Source: Candidatus Kapaibacterium sp. (lineage in GTDB: Bacteria; Bacteroidota; Ignavibacteria; Kapaibacteriales; UBA2268). Taken from it: a stretch of 64,000 nt of DNA. A program made the translations under genes and the position numbers. Of this stretch, positions 39,201 through 49,061 are shown piece by piece (within the stretch, counting starts at the first letter, position 1; the number at the start of each line of letters is the position of its first letter). The notes under the pieces were generated by a model, which saw only the letters and a program-made list of their open reading frames with translations, did no database searches and was not told the origin of the DNA. Location of the stretch: contig OY761611.1 of NCBI GenBank assembly GCA_963664875.1, forward strand, positions 2,976,001-3,040,000. The letters run 5' to 3'.

Positions 39201-40894
39201 CAGCGAAACACGTTATTGGACGTTTAAGAAAAACAGTAACAAATGGTGCTACACTTTTTGAATTGGGTGATGGAACAGCGACTACATATAGAGCTGCTGA
39301 AATTACTTTTTCAAATACTAATACATCTCAAGTTGTAGAAGTGTCTAGTGAGTTAGTAAATGCAACTGTAGATAGACAAGGTGATCCTGTAAAAGCATTA
39401 AATGCGGTTTGGACGATAACTCCTATAGGAACAGTATCAAATACATTTGATAGTGTCAATGTTAAATTCTATTGGGGAACTGAACACGATAACGGTTTGA
39501 CTTTTGCCGTACCAGGTGATGCTACTGATGAGACTACAGTTACTACTTTCCCTGTTAGATGGGATGGTTCTCAGTGGGAAGATTATTCTCAAAGTGTTGT
39601 ATTGGGTACTCCTTATGCAGCTGGACCTCCTAAGTCTTTAGATATGACTGGTTGGAATACATACCCATTGACTGCCACTGATTTTGGTGGTGTATGGTCT
39701 GTATTTGTTGATGCTCATCCTTATGACGATGCTCTTGAAGCAAGTACTGACGGGAATCTAGTATTTTCAAGTTTCCCGGAATATATTGAAAATGGTATTC
39801 CTTTTAATGCGACAGTTCAATACCAAGATCAATATGGAAATCCAATTACTGTAGGAAGTACTGATGGTGCATTCACAGTTGAAGTTAAGAAATTAGCTGG
39901 AGATGGTAATATTACTTTGTCTGGAACAACTGTTTCAGCTGTTATTCCAATTGGATCTTCTTCAGTCGCCATTAGCGGTTTGGTAATGGACGATGCTACT
40001 ATAGCGACATTTACTGATAGAAATAATATTCAACTTAAAGTACAAGCAGCTTCGCCAGGTAATTATACTGATGTAAGAACAGGTACAAGTGAGGTATTTA
40101 ATATGCTTGCTACAGAACCTGCTGCTCAAGCTAATAGCCTTACATTTGCTAATCTAGGTTATACTTCCATGACTGTTGGTTTTACCGGCAATGGTAGCGC
40201 GAGTGACAAAGCACTCATTATTGCAAAACCTGGTAGAAAAATGGATTCTGACGAATTCCCGGTTGATGGTACTTCTTATATTGGTAACAATGTATTTGGT
40301 GCCGGTTCTGTAATTGGTGATAGTGCTGTTGTTGTATATAATGGTCCTGCTAATGGTGCTGGTAATTATAGCTTTAGCTTAAGTGGTTTAGCTCCTGGGG
40401 AAACTTATTATTTCAGAGCTTTTGCGTATGCCGGTGCTAATGGTTCAGAGAACTATTTTTATAACCCTGGACCTCAATCAGCACTTAGCAAAACTACAAC
40501 TTCAGAAACTGACGACGACGTAGCATTTGGCTCTAACGATACAAGAGCTACTGCTAAACCAATCGGTTCAAACTCTGCAGTAAAAGGTACTATTGCTGAT
40601 GCAACTGACGAAGACTGGTTCTCATTTATGGTAACAAGCGCAGCTTCTAACATTAGAGTAAAACTCACAGGCGTGCCTGCTAACTATAACTTAGAACTTT
40701 ACAATGCAGATAATAGAAGAGTTCGCCGTGCTACATTAAGTGGTATAGAAAGCGAATATGTTGTAATAAATAATCTTGACGCCGGAACTTATTCTATTAG
40801 AATCTATGGCGTTGATGGCGCTTATGATAATACTCTTACTTACACTGTAGAAGTGCAGACAAGAGATACAGAAATCTTTAGCGTCACTCAATAA
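36293..40894 (+). CDS. Giant secreted protein: G8-like start, Thr/Gly/Ala-rich beta-helix-like stalk, FN3-like and C-terminal PPC (pre-peptidase C-terminal) domains
   Basis: Signal peptide; TSVQTGPWNDPATW; LSGLAPGETYYFRAFAY; GTIADATDEDWFSF...NYNLELY...LDAGTYSIRIYG; no T9SS CTD visible. Confidence 0.8.
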   Translation: MKKNFKLFKIGIFLALILGFALGQDAYGETFTSVQTGPWNDPATWGGAPVGTDVDGIPDADDIVNIDANHTVTLTADAICQSLVFADPNAGGSNSLTANTTVNLVVLGNIDLGTNGGGNTASITNGTGAVNLVIGDTTNASSSTVSVIDIESTHSITVNNVTLYNAAVTYDVDVAASAITILGNLDLQGTSTLTPGGTAAVTITFDGTGSSAASITVSDDSYLDFESFATANSAAITTTDDITFSGDIDIASGSFNQTAGTSYLVGSAAADPEITGGSISFYNLNVNTTAEAVTCDATALVVKGDLTKVGANAMTLADAITFTNTSAKEIVASGAGALAFENINISSNSRITTNSSFRIGDGTSGSTFTIGNGGSFNAATGTITLDGTGGNVVLVNSGGQDTCLTFANITFVTATTTTTATDLVITGSFDDGGATFTATAGKVVFDNAVSKSITSTGTTTFCVLEVADGSKVTCASPIVIADAGADQASGITVGTDGSLVFSTPSVVTLSDTDSATDMLINNDGTLTFFGLTIADNVANDIVTTDDFNVTDTWTFAGDGTFAASGTSNISFTGTGAQNITGADAPSQLILNDMTIETGALVTLAATNFLELTGDLTINGTGTFTHATNVAGTVEFNGTSQQKIKGSSASAVAMSQLVVDKLNAPNGTIGTEDEVLMELDVTVPAATGAVTITNGRLNLGSKTLTTGVAPTTPAGYIDGNLGTFASSTAAITIDNTLFSADNSSTSGTLYNLEVGTGAVVTITATSKLTVNKDLTLDDNLTFTNSTLHLFGEVTLVTGDEELVYTSGTAATSLVIFDGTRTVPVLQNSLFNDGADNEVSSIEIRANEILAGDVSMEKDGNGAVLTMNSSINNLNLAGNTLTLVADGSVNIVSGQMLANATSSAVDFGTITQIPANMFVDDEIEDITIAADITLLGNLTINGLLTTAPNSIYTGDNILTFGPDYTQSNPFTTAKHVIGRLRKTVTNGATLFELGDGTATTYRAAEITFSNTNTSQVVEVSSELVNATVDRQGDPVKALNAVWTITPIGTVSNTFDSVNVKFYWGTEHDNGLTFAVPGDATDETTVTTFPVRWDGSQWEDYSQSVVLGTPYAAGPPKSLDMTGWNTYPLTATDFGGVWSVFVDAHPYDDALEASTDGNLVFSSFPEYIENGIPFNATVQYQDQYGNPITVGSTDGAFTVEVKKLAGDGNITLSGTTVSAVIPIGSSSVAISGLVMDDATIATFTDRNNIQLKVQAASPGNYTDVRTGTSEVFNMLATEPAAQANSLTFANLGYTSMTVGFTGNGSASDKALIIAKPGRKMDSDEFPVDGTSYIGNNVFGAGSVIGDSAVVVYNGPANGAGNYSFSLSGLAPGETYYFRAFAYAGANGSENYFYNPGPQSALSKTTTSETDDDVAFGSNDTRATAKPIGSNSAVKGTIADATDEDWFSFMVTSAASNIRVKLTGVPANYNLELYNADNRRVRRATLSGIESEYVVINNLDAGTYSIRIYGVDGAYDNTLTYTVEVQTRDTEIFSVTQ

Positions 40895-40940
40895 GATAAA
40901 TTAAGTAAATAAATTTTAGTAATAATAAAGGATTTATGCT

Positions 40941-43900
40941 ATGACAAGCAAAATTAAAAATCCCGCGAGACATGGAAGTAAATTGTCATGGGGAAGTTTA
41001 GTATGGTTTGCTGCGGCGCTCTTCCTTTTCGCCATAGAAGGTTTCGCACAAGATTACGAACTTTCCATGAAGCCTCGCCGCTTGGGCAACCAGCTTGGGG
41101 TTGAGATTTGGATGAAATCTCTAAACTCGAATACCGCTGCCCTTGGCAACGCTTCTATCTATATCGAGTATAACAATGCAAAGTTAAAACCAGCAGATTT
41201 GGGTGCAACTAACCCATCTTCTACTTCAGACTCGATTAATGTAGATATAGATAATGATGGTACTCCATACGAATCATTGACATCTGCCTATGCGAGCGGT
41301 GACTACAAAGCACTATCAGCACAAGCAGTAACAGCTACCCAAGGTGGAGTAACAGTTAATGTATTTGGTTTGGATGTAAATTATAACATCAACGGTACGG
41401 GTGTAGGTGTAGTTCCATCTACAGACGGTCGCGGTTCATTTATCGGTATGTTACGCTTTGATATCAACTGGAACGGTCCTGATGGTAATCCAAGCACAGC
41501 TGATGATATTACATTGACAGATACAGATCTTGCAATGTTCGATTGGAACAGTGCAACATTTGCCGGCGACATTACATTGCAAGATGTAAATGGTAACAAT
41601 ATCGAACCAAATGTAACTTTGGTAACTCCTGATGATTTCACAATTCGCGGTATCGAAATCTTTACAGCAGATGGTGGAAATAATCAAGTAGTAAACAGAT
41701 ACCCAACTACAGAATATCCTGTGTTTGATACACAAAATAATTTAGGCTATCCAATTTATTTCGAACGTTCAGGTTTGACTGATGATGCTGCTGACTATGG
41801 TCATGCAGATGGTAAAATAGCCTATGTATTAGAATATTCATTGGATGGTGGTACAACTTGGACAGAAACAGCAAGATTTGCTGAAACAACACAAGGACAT
41901 GCTGCACTTACAGGAGCCGGAACAGTTGCACAATTTGCAGATGGTTTCGTTGACTATCCTGCAGCCGGTACAGACTACTATGTTACAGATGCAGATGGTA
42001 CTGTAATGGATGGTTCTGATCAGGACATCTTAAGAACAATCTGGAAAGCAGACGATAACTTCCCATACAGATCAGAAAATGCAAAAATCAGATTAACACA
42101 GTTGCAAAATACAAGCGGTGTTGCAATCGACGGACGTACTAAATTGACAGGCACAACTCAAATGAATGCAAGTGATGACACATTTGTATTAGGCAGATTG
42201 TTCTTTGCTCAATTAGATGGTTCTTCTACTTATTTCAAAACACGCTGGCCATATAGCAATGCTTCACAGCTTACTGTAATGGCTTGGGTAAACTTGAACG
42301 GTGTATCTGCGACTCCTGGAGCAGAACCTGGTATTATCGCATGCTCTGAAGGTTCAAAATCTGACGAAGAAGGTGCATGGATACTTTACTTGGAAGATGG
42401 CAACAGACCAGCTTTCCGTGCAAGAGAAAAAGAAGGTCGTGGCACTAACGGGTACTTAGGTTCAGTAGTAGCTCCTACAGTTGATGCTCTATCAACTACA
42501 AGCTCTGCAGTTCCTATCACTGATGCACATGGCGATAACTGGATGCACATTGCTGCAACAGTAGCTAATGGCGTAACTACACTTTATGTAAATGGTGAAA
42601 TCGTAGCTCAGGACATCAATACTACAGTTGTAGATCCACGTTTGGCAAACTTTAACCAGACAATCTGGGTAGGTGTTAACCCTAACGATGGCATCACTGC
42701 AACTGACTATTTGAATGCCGGTATCAAAGAAGTGAGTGTATGGCGTATAGCTTTATCTCAAGATGTTTTGAGATCTTACATTCCTGGCGTGTATGATCCA
42801 AGTGGAGAAGTACTCGGTAACGAATTGGAAGAAGCAAACGTTGATTACAGAACAGGCTTGGAACTTTACTATCCATTGCAAGGTTCACGTCTTGATTTGG
42901 CTGATGACAACATTCAGTTCTCAGACAACAACTTAAACTATTACACTGATTCAAATATCGATGCTGTTGCAACTAACAGCTCTATAAACTACAGACCTGA
43001 CCGCTCACACATCCGCTTGACAGCACCTTTGGGTGGCGAAGGCGTAAGTAATTTGATTGATAAAACATTCGAAGTACGTTGGGCAGCTTATGGTCTTGGT
43101 TCAACAACAACATTGTCAGAAGATTTGCAGATTATGATTAGCCGCGATGGTGGCACAACATGGTTTGATGCAATCGACAATGCTGCACCTGCAATGCCTT
43201 TGGATAATGTAGAGGTTGAAGCAGGTAAAGCAACATGGGAACCATATAACAATATTACAATTTCCGGTTCTGATGATGACTTACAAGGTGTAATCGATAT
43301 CGAAGCTAACTGGTCTAAATCAGTTAAACTTAGAATATCCGGTACAGATGACAGAGCTCAGAGCTCAATCTATGATGAATCAGGTAACTTTTTGGTAGCT
43401 CCTTGGTTTGCAATGCAAAACACAGGCGATTCAAAAATCGAAGTACCTTCCAACACAGAATTGAACTTGAATGCCGGTGCGCAAATGATTGAAGCATGGG
43501 TCCGTCCTTATCGCTTCCCAACTGCTGACGAAGCTTATTTCCCAATTATGGCGAAAAAAGCAGCAGATGGTTCTGAAACACACTATGCATTTAGATTATT
43601 ACAATCAGGACAATTACAATTAGTACTTGAATCTTCTACCGGCGACGCTTTGAGAACAGCTACTTCTGATGCAGCTTTACCATTGGTAAAACCATCAGTA
43701 GAAACTAAAGACTCATTGTGGTACCACGTAGCAGTATATTTCAATTTGGCAAGTGGTAGCCAGTCAAGTGTATATTTCTTTATTGATGGTACAATCCAAG
43801 ATGCAGCTGCAATTACAGAACAACTTGGTACAAACATCACTATTGATAATTTGAATACACTTCCTGCATATATTGCTTCTGAACCAACAAGTGCTACAGA

Positions 43901-46900
43901 AACTAAAAACTTTATCGGTCAGATAAAAGAAGTTAGATTCTGGAATGGTAATCCTGCAGGTTTGACTAGTTTAGCGACAATCACACAATTTGTACAAGGT
44001 GCAGCAACTGTAAGAGCAGATGAATTGATATCATTTGGTGGTATTGACTACTCAGAAAACTTAGCTGCTGCTTTCATATTGAACGGTGGAAGTTTTGTTA
44101 ATAATGGTATGGTTCGTACTGTTGCAGCTTACCCTGCTTCTTCAGGCCTTTATGCAAATATTACAGATGCAGATGGCGAAGGTGACGGTAATGTTACATA
44201 CAACTTTACTAAACCAACACTAAAACTTATTGAACCTATTTATAAACAAGCAATTCCAAACAGCAAAACCGATCTTAGAGTTCGTTGGACTGGCTTTGAC
44301 TATAACAGAAATGATATAGCTGAAAAGTTTTACCCTGGCGATGCTGTTATGAACGAATCTGACTTAGGTTTTGGTACAGTAGGTGGCGGTGGTGCTGAGA
44401 TACTTTATTACGAGCCAACTGCCTCAAAGAAAGACAATCCGACATTTACAAATGCAATGACCTTGACTGAAATTAATCCTCAGTTTGAGTTTCAGGGTTC
44501 GTTCCCTCACAAATCTCAGTATGCAGCATCATTAAATGTATCAATCACTGATCCTGATGCAAATGATGATGGTACTTCAGATGACCAAGGACCTATGGGC
44601 GCAGCTATGACAAACGGACGTTTGAAATTATCTGGTCGCTCTAATGTCAATGGCTATGTAGTAAAATGGGATAACGATGCTGATGGTATGATGCACTCTC
44701 TATTTGCAGAGTCTCAATACTTCAATATTACTCCTCCTTCTAACTTTACTGTAAGAGTAATTCCTGAAGGGTATTATACTCCTAATACAGTTGCAGCCGG
44801 AGATGGTGCAATTGATGTAACAGGTAGTACTAATAATGATTTAGGTACTACTTATGATCAAGGTGGTTTGAAAATTTCACTTTATAGTGATAATGCAGGC
44901 ACTCCGGGTACATTAGTGGCTACAAATGTATCGACAGAAGGTTACTTGAATGCAACTTCGTTCTCTTTAGCGAATAGAAATCAAGGTACTAATGATTTTG
45001 CAAACGTACCTTACGTATTTACTGATATCGAAGATGGTGACTATTGGGTAGTCGTTGAACATATCAATCACTTACCTGTAATGTCAAGGTACCCTGCACA
45101 TTTCAAATTCTCAGGCGACGATGGAGATACTTGGACTCTTGAATCAGGTTGGGATTTTACAAGTTGGACTGGTGGTAATACTACTGCCGATGTAATGACT
45201 CCAGCAGAAGCGGCAACAGATCCAACTACTTTTGGCTCTAAATACTCTGCTTACGGCAATAATGAGACGACTGAAAGTAATGAAAAATATTCTAATACAG
45301 GTTTACACTATAAACGTGGTAGAATATTGGATGCTAATATTGATGATAAGATTCCTTTGATTGTTGCCGGTGATGTCGTGAAGGACTACCAAATCAATGG
45401 TCTTGACAGAACTGCAATAAGAACTCAAACGATGAATGCAGCTACTACAGCACAATACGATGTAACCGGTGACGGTCAGAATAATGCTGAAGATCGTACT
45501 TTAGTTGATATCAATAACGGTAAAGTGTCATCTTTGACAGATGTTTCTACAATTAGTCTTACAGCTCCAAAAATTAACTTAGGAGATGTAATTGATAATG
45601 ACATGGTTGCATATTTGGATAAAGCTGCAAAAGAATACAATCCTGACAAGATATCAAAACAGATTTCTAAAACTGATTTGATTTTATCTGGGTTAGCATA
45701 TACTGTGTTTGCAGAAACATCAATAAACAACGATATGGTAGAAGTTTCTATGTTCATTGAAAACAATGGTGGTCAATGGGCAATGGGTAATGCTTCGTTT
45801 GTTCTTGATTATAATCAGGTTAATCTACAGTTTGTAGAACTTGTAAATAATGAAGAAGTTATTTTTGCAAACAGACAAGACTTGGGTTATTCTTCTAACT
45901 ATGCGGCTCCTCAGCCAAATGTTAAAAACCCTATGGCAGGTGTAAAATCAATCGAAATCGATTATGATGCTTATACTCGCAAAGCAGGTCAAATTGTTCC
46001 TAATTCTAAAACATATCTTGGTACTTTGAAATTTAAAGTTATCAAAGCTACTGATGTTTATGCTTTTGATTGGCATCCTGCAACTGCTGTCTTAGCTACA
46101 AACGGTTTAAACATGAATAAATACGGTGACTTCCGTGTGATTAAACCAGTAATCGTACAAAGAGATGCGGCTATCTTAACTCCTAACGGTGGTGAAGATT
46201 GGGATGCAGGTGCTCTTTACACTATCACTTGGACAAAACCTAACACTAACAGCCAGGTTAACGTAGAATACACTACTGATAACGGTAACACTTGGAATAG
46301 AATTTCAGCTGCTGCTCTTGACGTAGTTTCAGGTTCTTATAACTGGAAAACTCCTGCTGTTAACTCTGACGAATGCTTAGTTAGATTGGTAGATGCTAAA
46401 ACTTCTATTGAAATTGACAGAAGTGATGCTCCGTTCTCTATTATCTCTGCTCCTGCAGAAATCGTTCGCCCAACTTCTACAGATCCTATCTACAGAGGTG
46501 GTGCTAATGACTTCATTCGCTGGTCAGTAAACGAACCGAGCAAAGTACGTTTCGAATTCTCTTCTAATGGTGTAGATAGCTGGCAGTCTGTTTCTGCAAC
46601 TGTTAACTCTACTCTTGGTCAAGTAGAATGGATCGTTCCTTCAGTTAACTCTAAACAAGCTGTTGTTAGAATGATTGAAACTGAAACTAGCGAAGTATTA
46701 GCTGTCTCTAAACCATTTAAAGTATTGGCTGGTGCTGTTACTTTGGCTAACCCTACAGGCGTTAAAGAAAACAAACCAACTGATGTTAAATGGTCTGCTG
46801 ACAACGTAAGTAAGTTCGACTTACAACTTTCTATCGATGGTGGTAAAACTTGGGGCGTAGTTGCTACTAATGTTGCTGCTTTGAAAAAAGTTTACACTTG

Positions 46901-47303
46901 GACTCCTAACTTGTCAACTGATAACAAACCAACAGCTGTATTACGTGCAGTTTACAACAATGATAATGAACTTGAATATGACAGAACTGACTTGTTTGCT
47001 ATCGAAGCTAATACATCTGTAGCCGGTTTCGAAGCTCAAGGTTACTTGTTCAATCAACCTATGCCAAATCCGTTTAGAGAAGAAGCAAAACTTACATTTA
47101 CTCTTCCTGCTACAGAATCAGTTACAATGACTGTTTACAATGCAGTAGGTAATAAAGTTGCTACTCTTATCAATGGTGATTTGATCTCTGCTGGTGACCA
47201 TGAAGTAACATTGTCCGGTCATGACTTACCTCAAGGTGTATATGTTGTACGCTTGACAGCTGGTTCATTCTCAATGCTTAGAGAAGTTGTATTAGTAAAA
47301 TAG
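40941..47303 (+). CDS. Giant T9SS cargo protein: 2 cohesin-like, 2 LamG, dockerin-like and Ig-like (PNGGE) domains, T9SS type A CTD
   Basis: LamG WMHIAATV...LYVNGE and WYHVAVYF...FFIDG; dockerin-like GDVVKDYQINGLD...YDVTGDGQNNAED; CTD QPMPNPF...VYNAVGNKVATL...LPQGVYVVRL. Confidence 0.85.
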   Translation: MTSKIKNPARHGSKLSWGSLVWFAAALFLFAIEGFAQDYELSMKPRRLGNQLGVEIWMKSLNSNTAALGNASIYIEYNNAKLKPADLGATNPSSTSDSINVDIDNDGTPYESLTSAYASGDYKALSAQAVTATQGGVTVNVFGLDVNYNINGTGVGVVPSTDGRGSFIGMLRFDINWNGPDGNPSTADDITLTDTDLAMFDWNSATFAGDITLQDVNGNNIEPNVTLVTPDDFTIRGIEIFTADGGNNQVVNRYPTTEYPVFDTQNNLGYPIYFERSGLTDDAADYGHADGKIAYVLEYSLDGGTTWTETARFAETTQGHAALTGAGTVAQFADGFVDYPAAGTDYYVTDADGTVMDGSDQDILRTIWKADDNFPYRSENAKIRLTQLQNTSGVAIDGRTKLTGTTQMNASDDTFVLGRLFFAQLDGSSTYFKTRWPYSNASQLTVMAWVNLNGVSATPGAEPGIIACSEGSKSDEEGAWILYLEDGNRPAFRAREKEGRGTNGYLGSVVAPTVDALSTTSSAVPITDAHGDNWMHIAATVANGVTTLYVNGEIVAQDINTTVVDPRLANFNQTIWVGVNPNDGITATDYLNAGIKEVSVWRIALSQDVLRSYIPGVYDPSGEVLGNELEEANVDYRTGLELYYPLQGSRLDLADDNIQFSDNNLNYYTDSNIDAVATNSSINYRPDRSHIRLTAPLGGEGVSNLIDKTFEVRWAAYGLGSTTTLSEDLQIMISRDGGTTWFDAIDNAAPAMPLDNVEVEAGKATWEPYNNITISGSDDDLQGVIDIEANWSKSVKLRISGTDDRAQSSIYDESGNFLVAPWFAMQNTGDSKIEVPSNTELNLNAGAQMIEAWVRPYRFPTADEAYFPIMAKKAADGSETHYAFRLLQSGQLQLVLESSTGDALRTATSDAALPLVKPSVETKDSLWYHVAVYFNLASGSQSSVYFFIDGTIQDAAAITEQLGTNITIDNLNTLPAYIASEPTSATETKNFIGQIKEVRFWNGNPAGLTSLATITQFVQGAATVRADELISFGGIDYSENLAAAFILNGGSFVNNGMVRTVAAYPASSGLYANITDADGEGDGNVTYNFTKPTLKLIEPIYKQAIPNSKTDLRVRWTGFDYNRNDIAEKFYPGDAVMNESDLGFGTVGGGGAEILYYEPTASKKDNPTFTNAMTLTEINPQFEFQGSFPHKSQYAASLNVSITDPDANDDGTSDDQGPMGAAMTNGRLKLSGRSNVNGYVVKWDNDADGMMHSLFAESQYFNITPPSNFTVRVIPEGYYTPNTVAAGDGAIDVTGSTNNDLGTTYDQGGLKISLYSDNAGTPGTLVATNVSTEGYLNATSFSLANRNQGTNDFANVPYVFTDIEDGDYWVVVEHINHLPVMSRYPAHFKFSGDDGDTWTLESGWDFTSWTGGNTTADVMTPAEAATDPTTFGSKYSAYGNNETTESNEKYSNTGLHYKRGRILDANIDDKIPLIVAGDVVKDYQINGLDRTAIRTQTMNAATTAQYDVTGDGQNNAEDRTLVDINNGKVSSLTDVSTISLTAPKINLGDVIDNDMVAYLDKAAKEYNPDKISKQISKTDLILSGLAYTVFAETSINNDMVEVSMFIENNGGQWAMGNASFVLDYNQVNLQFVELVNNEEVIFANRQDLGYSSNYAAPQPNVKNPMAGVKSIEIDYDAYTRKAGQIVPNSKTYLGTLKFKVIKATDVYAFDWHPATAVLATNGLNMNKYGDFRVIKPVIVQRDAAILTPNGGEDWDAGALYTITWTKPNTNSQVNVEYTTDNGNTWNRISAAALDVVSGSYNWKTPAVNSDECLVRLVDAKTSIEIDRSDAPFSIISAPAEIVRPTSTDPIYRGGANDFIRWSVNEPSKVRFEFSSNGVDSWQSVSATVNSTLGQVEWIVPSVNSKQAVVRMIETETSEVLAVSKPFKVLAGAVTLANPTGVKENKPTDVKWSADNVSKFDLQLSIDGGKTWGVVATNVAALKKVYTWTPNLSTDNKPTAVLRAVYNNDNELEYDRTDLFAIEANTSVAGFEAQGYLFNQPMPNPFREEAKLTFTLPATESVTMTVYNAVGNKVATLINGDLISAGDHEVTLSGHDLPQGVYVVRLTAGSFSMLREVVLVK

Positions 47304-47330
47304 TATGACATGACATATATCTTTATTAAA

Positions 47331-47364
47331 AAAAGCTGCCTCCGCAAGGGGGCGGCTTTTTTTT
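47331..47364 (+). terminator. Intrinsic terminator of the giant-protein operon
   Basis: AAAAGCTGCCTCC-GCAA-GGGGGCGGCTTTT followed by more Ts. Confidence 0.88.
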
Positions 47365-47538
47365 AGAGCCATACGTAATGAAAGATATACTGTACAAAAG
47401 AAGTAGAAAGAAAAGAATGGATGTGATAAAATTGTCTCTTCCACATTCTGCCTCTGCCTTAATCATGTAACTAATTGCTTTTTTATATTCGTGTTCTTTA
47501 GGTATTTTTGCTTTCTTTGAATTCTAAAATGGGAATAT

Positions 47539-48435
47539 ATGGAAAAGCAATCTATAGAGTCTTTTATTATACTTTTTGTCCTAAGTCTAATCTGGGGGAG
47601 CTCATTTATTCTTATGAAGCTCGGCTTGCAAAGTTTCGCTCCTGAGCAGGTGGGTGCATTGCGTATATTGTTTTCAGCCTTTGTATTTCTTCCTGTATTT
47701 ATACGCAATCTTAAGAAATATAGTTTTAAAGAATATAGGGTACTATTTGTTTATGGAGCCTTAGGTGTTGGTTTCCCGCCTTTTTTATATACATTTGCTC
47801 AAACGCATATTGATAGTTCAACTGCAGGGATTTTAAACTCCTTAGTTCCTCTGTGGACTCTTATAACAGGGATATTTGCTTTCTCTCAAAAGTTTGAAAT
47901 AAAGAAAATGCTTGGTGTTTCTATTGGACTTGCAGGTGCTTTAATACTGACATTTGCCAGAGCCGGGGAAAACGGTTTAGCATTCGATTTTTCTAATGCC
48001 TGGGGACTTTTGGTTGTAGTGGCTACGCTCTGTTACGGATTGGCGGACAATCTACTTAAAGCAAAACTACAAGACTATAGGAGTGCGGAGTTGGCAGCGT
48101 TTGCATTTGGCTTGATGAGTGTTCCTGCTTTAATAATTTTACTCTCTACAGATTTGAGTAGTATTGATATTGGGGCTGCTGAGGTTCAGAAATCTTTAAT
48201 TGCAATTCTGATCCTTTCTATAGTTGGCTCTGCTTTGGCTCAATATCTGTTTGCAAAATTGATACAAAAATCTAATCCTTTATTTGCGTCGTTTGTTACT
48301 TACCTGATACCGATTATTGCTTTGATGTGGGGTGCTATTGATGGTGAAAGTATAGGGATATTGCACTTTGTTGGGTTGATAGTAATATTATCATCTATAT
48401 ATTTTATTAATTCAAAAAATACAGCAGGGCATTAG
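47539..48435 (+). CDS. EamA/DMT family transporter
   Basis: LIWGSSFILMK, IDSSTAGILNSLVP, VTYLIPIIALMWG; about 10 TM. Confidence 0.9.
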   Translation: MEKQSIESFIILFVLSLIWGSSFILMKLGLQSFAPEQVGALRILFSAFVFLPVFIRNLKKYSFKEYRVLFVYGALGVGFPPFLYTFAQTHIDSSTAGILNSLVPLWTLITGIFAFSQKFEIKKMLGVSIGLAGALILTFARAGENGLAFDFSNAWGLLVVVATLCYGLADNLLKAKLQDYRSAELAAFAFGLMSVPALIILLSTDLSSIDIGAAEVQKSLIAILILSIVGSALAQYLFAKLIQKSNPLFASFVTYLIPIIALMWGAIDGESIGILHFVGLIVILSSIYFINSKNTAGH

Positions 48436-48517
48436 TGAACTTTTTTATCAGGTGCTGAATTTGTTTAGTTGCTACAAAAAATTAGAACGCTAATAACAGA
48501 TTTGGAAAATATATATA

Positions 48518-48560
48518 AAAAAAGCAGAGACTATACATATAGTTGTAGCTCTGCTTTTTT
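48518..48560. terminator. Bidirectional intrinsic terminator
   Basis: AAAAAAGCAGAG...CTCTGCTTTTTT between convergent genes. Confidence 0.8.
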
Positions 48561-48580
48561 GTTTGAAAGATTGTGTCTTG

Positions 48581-49033
48581 TTACTTGGGATATTTCCCAA
48601 AGAGCTTGTTGATTCCTCTATGGAATCTATGCACTCCTGAGACAGGCTCTAAATACATCAGAATACATTCTTTGCATATAATGTTTTTTTCTGAATTAGC
48701 TGACTTTTGAATAATATTATCAGTCTCTGATGACTGCTGAATCCAAATATTATCGAAGTTACCTTCTTTAGCAGCTTCAAAGAGCTCTTCAGACTTTTGT
48801 TTGCCGGTTACAATAATTATGCTTTTACAAGATTTAGGCAAATCCTGCAAATTATGATAACATTGTTGTCCTTCAAATTCTTCCATGTGAGGATTGATAG
48901 GGATTACATTCTTACCTTGCTTTTTCAGCTCTTTAAATATAATGCTACCAAATTTTTTGTCATCTCTTGAGACTCCGGCAACAGCGATGCTTTCAGATTC
49001 TAAGAACTTTTTTATAGACGAAAGATTCACCAT
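48581..49033 (-). CDS. CoA-binding protein
   Basis: IAVAGVSRDDKKFG, PINP, IWIQQ, ECILM. Confidence 0.88.
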   Translation of the reverse strand: MVNLSSIKKFLESESIAVAGVSRDDKKFGSIIFKELKKQGKNVIPINPHMEEFEGQQCYHNLQDLPKSCKSIIIVTGKQKSEELFEAAKEGNFDNIWIQQSSETDNIIQKSANSEKNIICKECILMYLEPVSGVHRFHRGINKLFGKYPK

Positions 49034-49061
49034 GAGCTTCGCTCCTTTAAGTCAGTTATAA

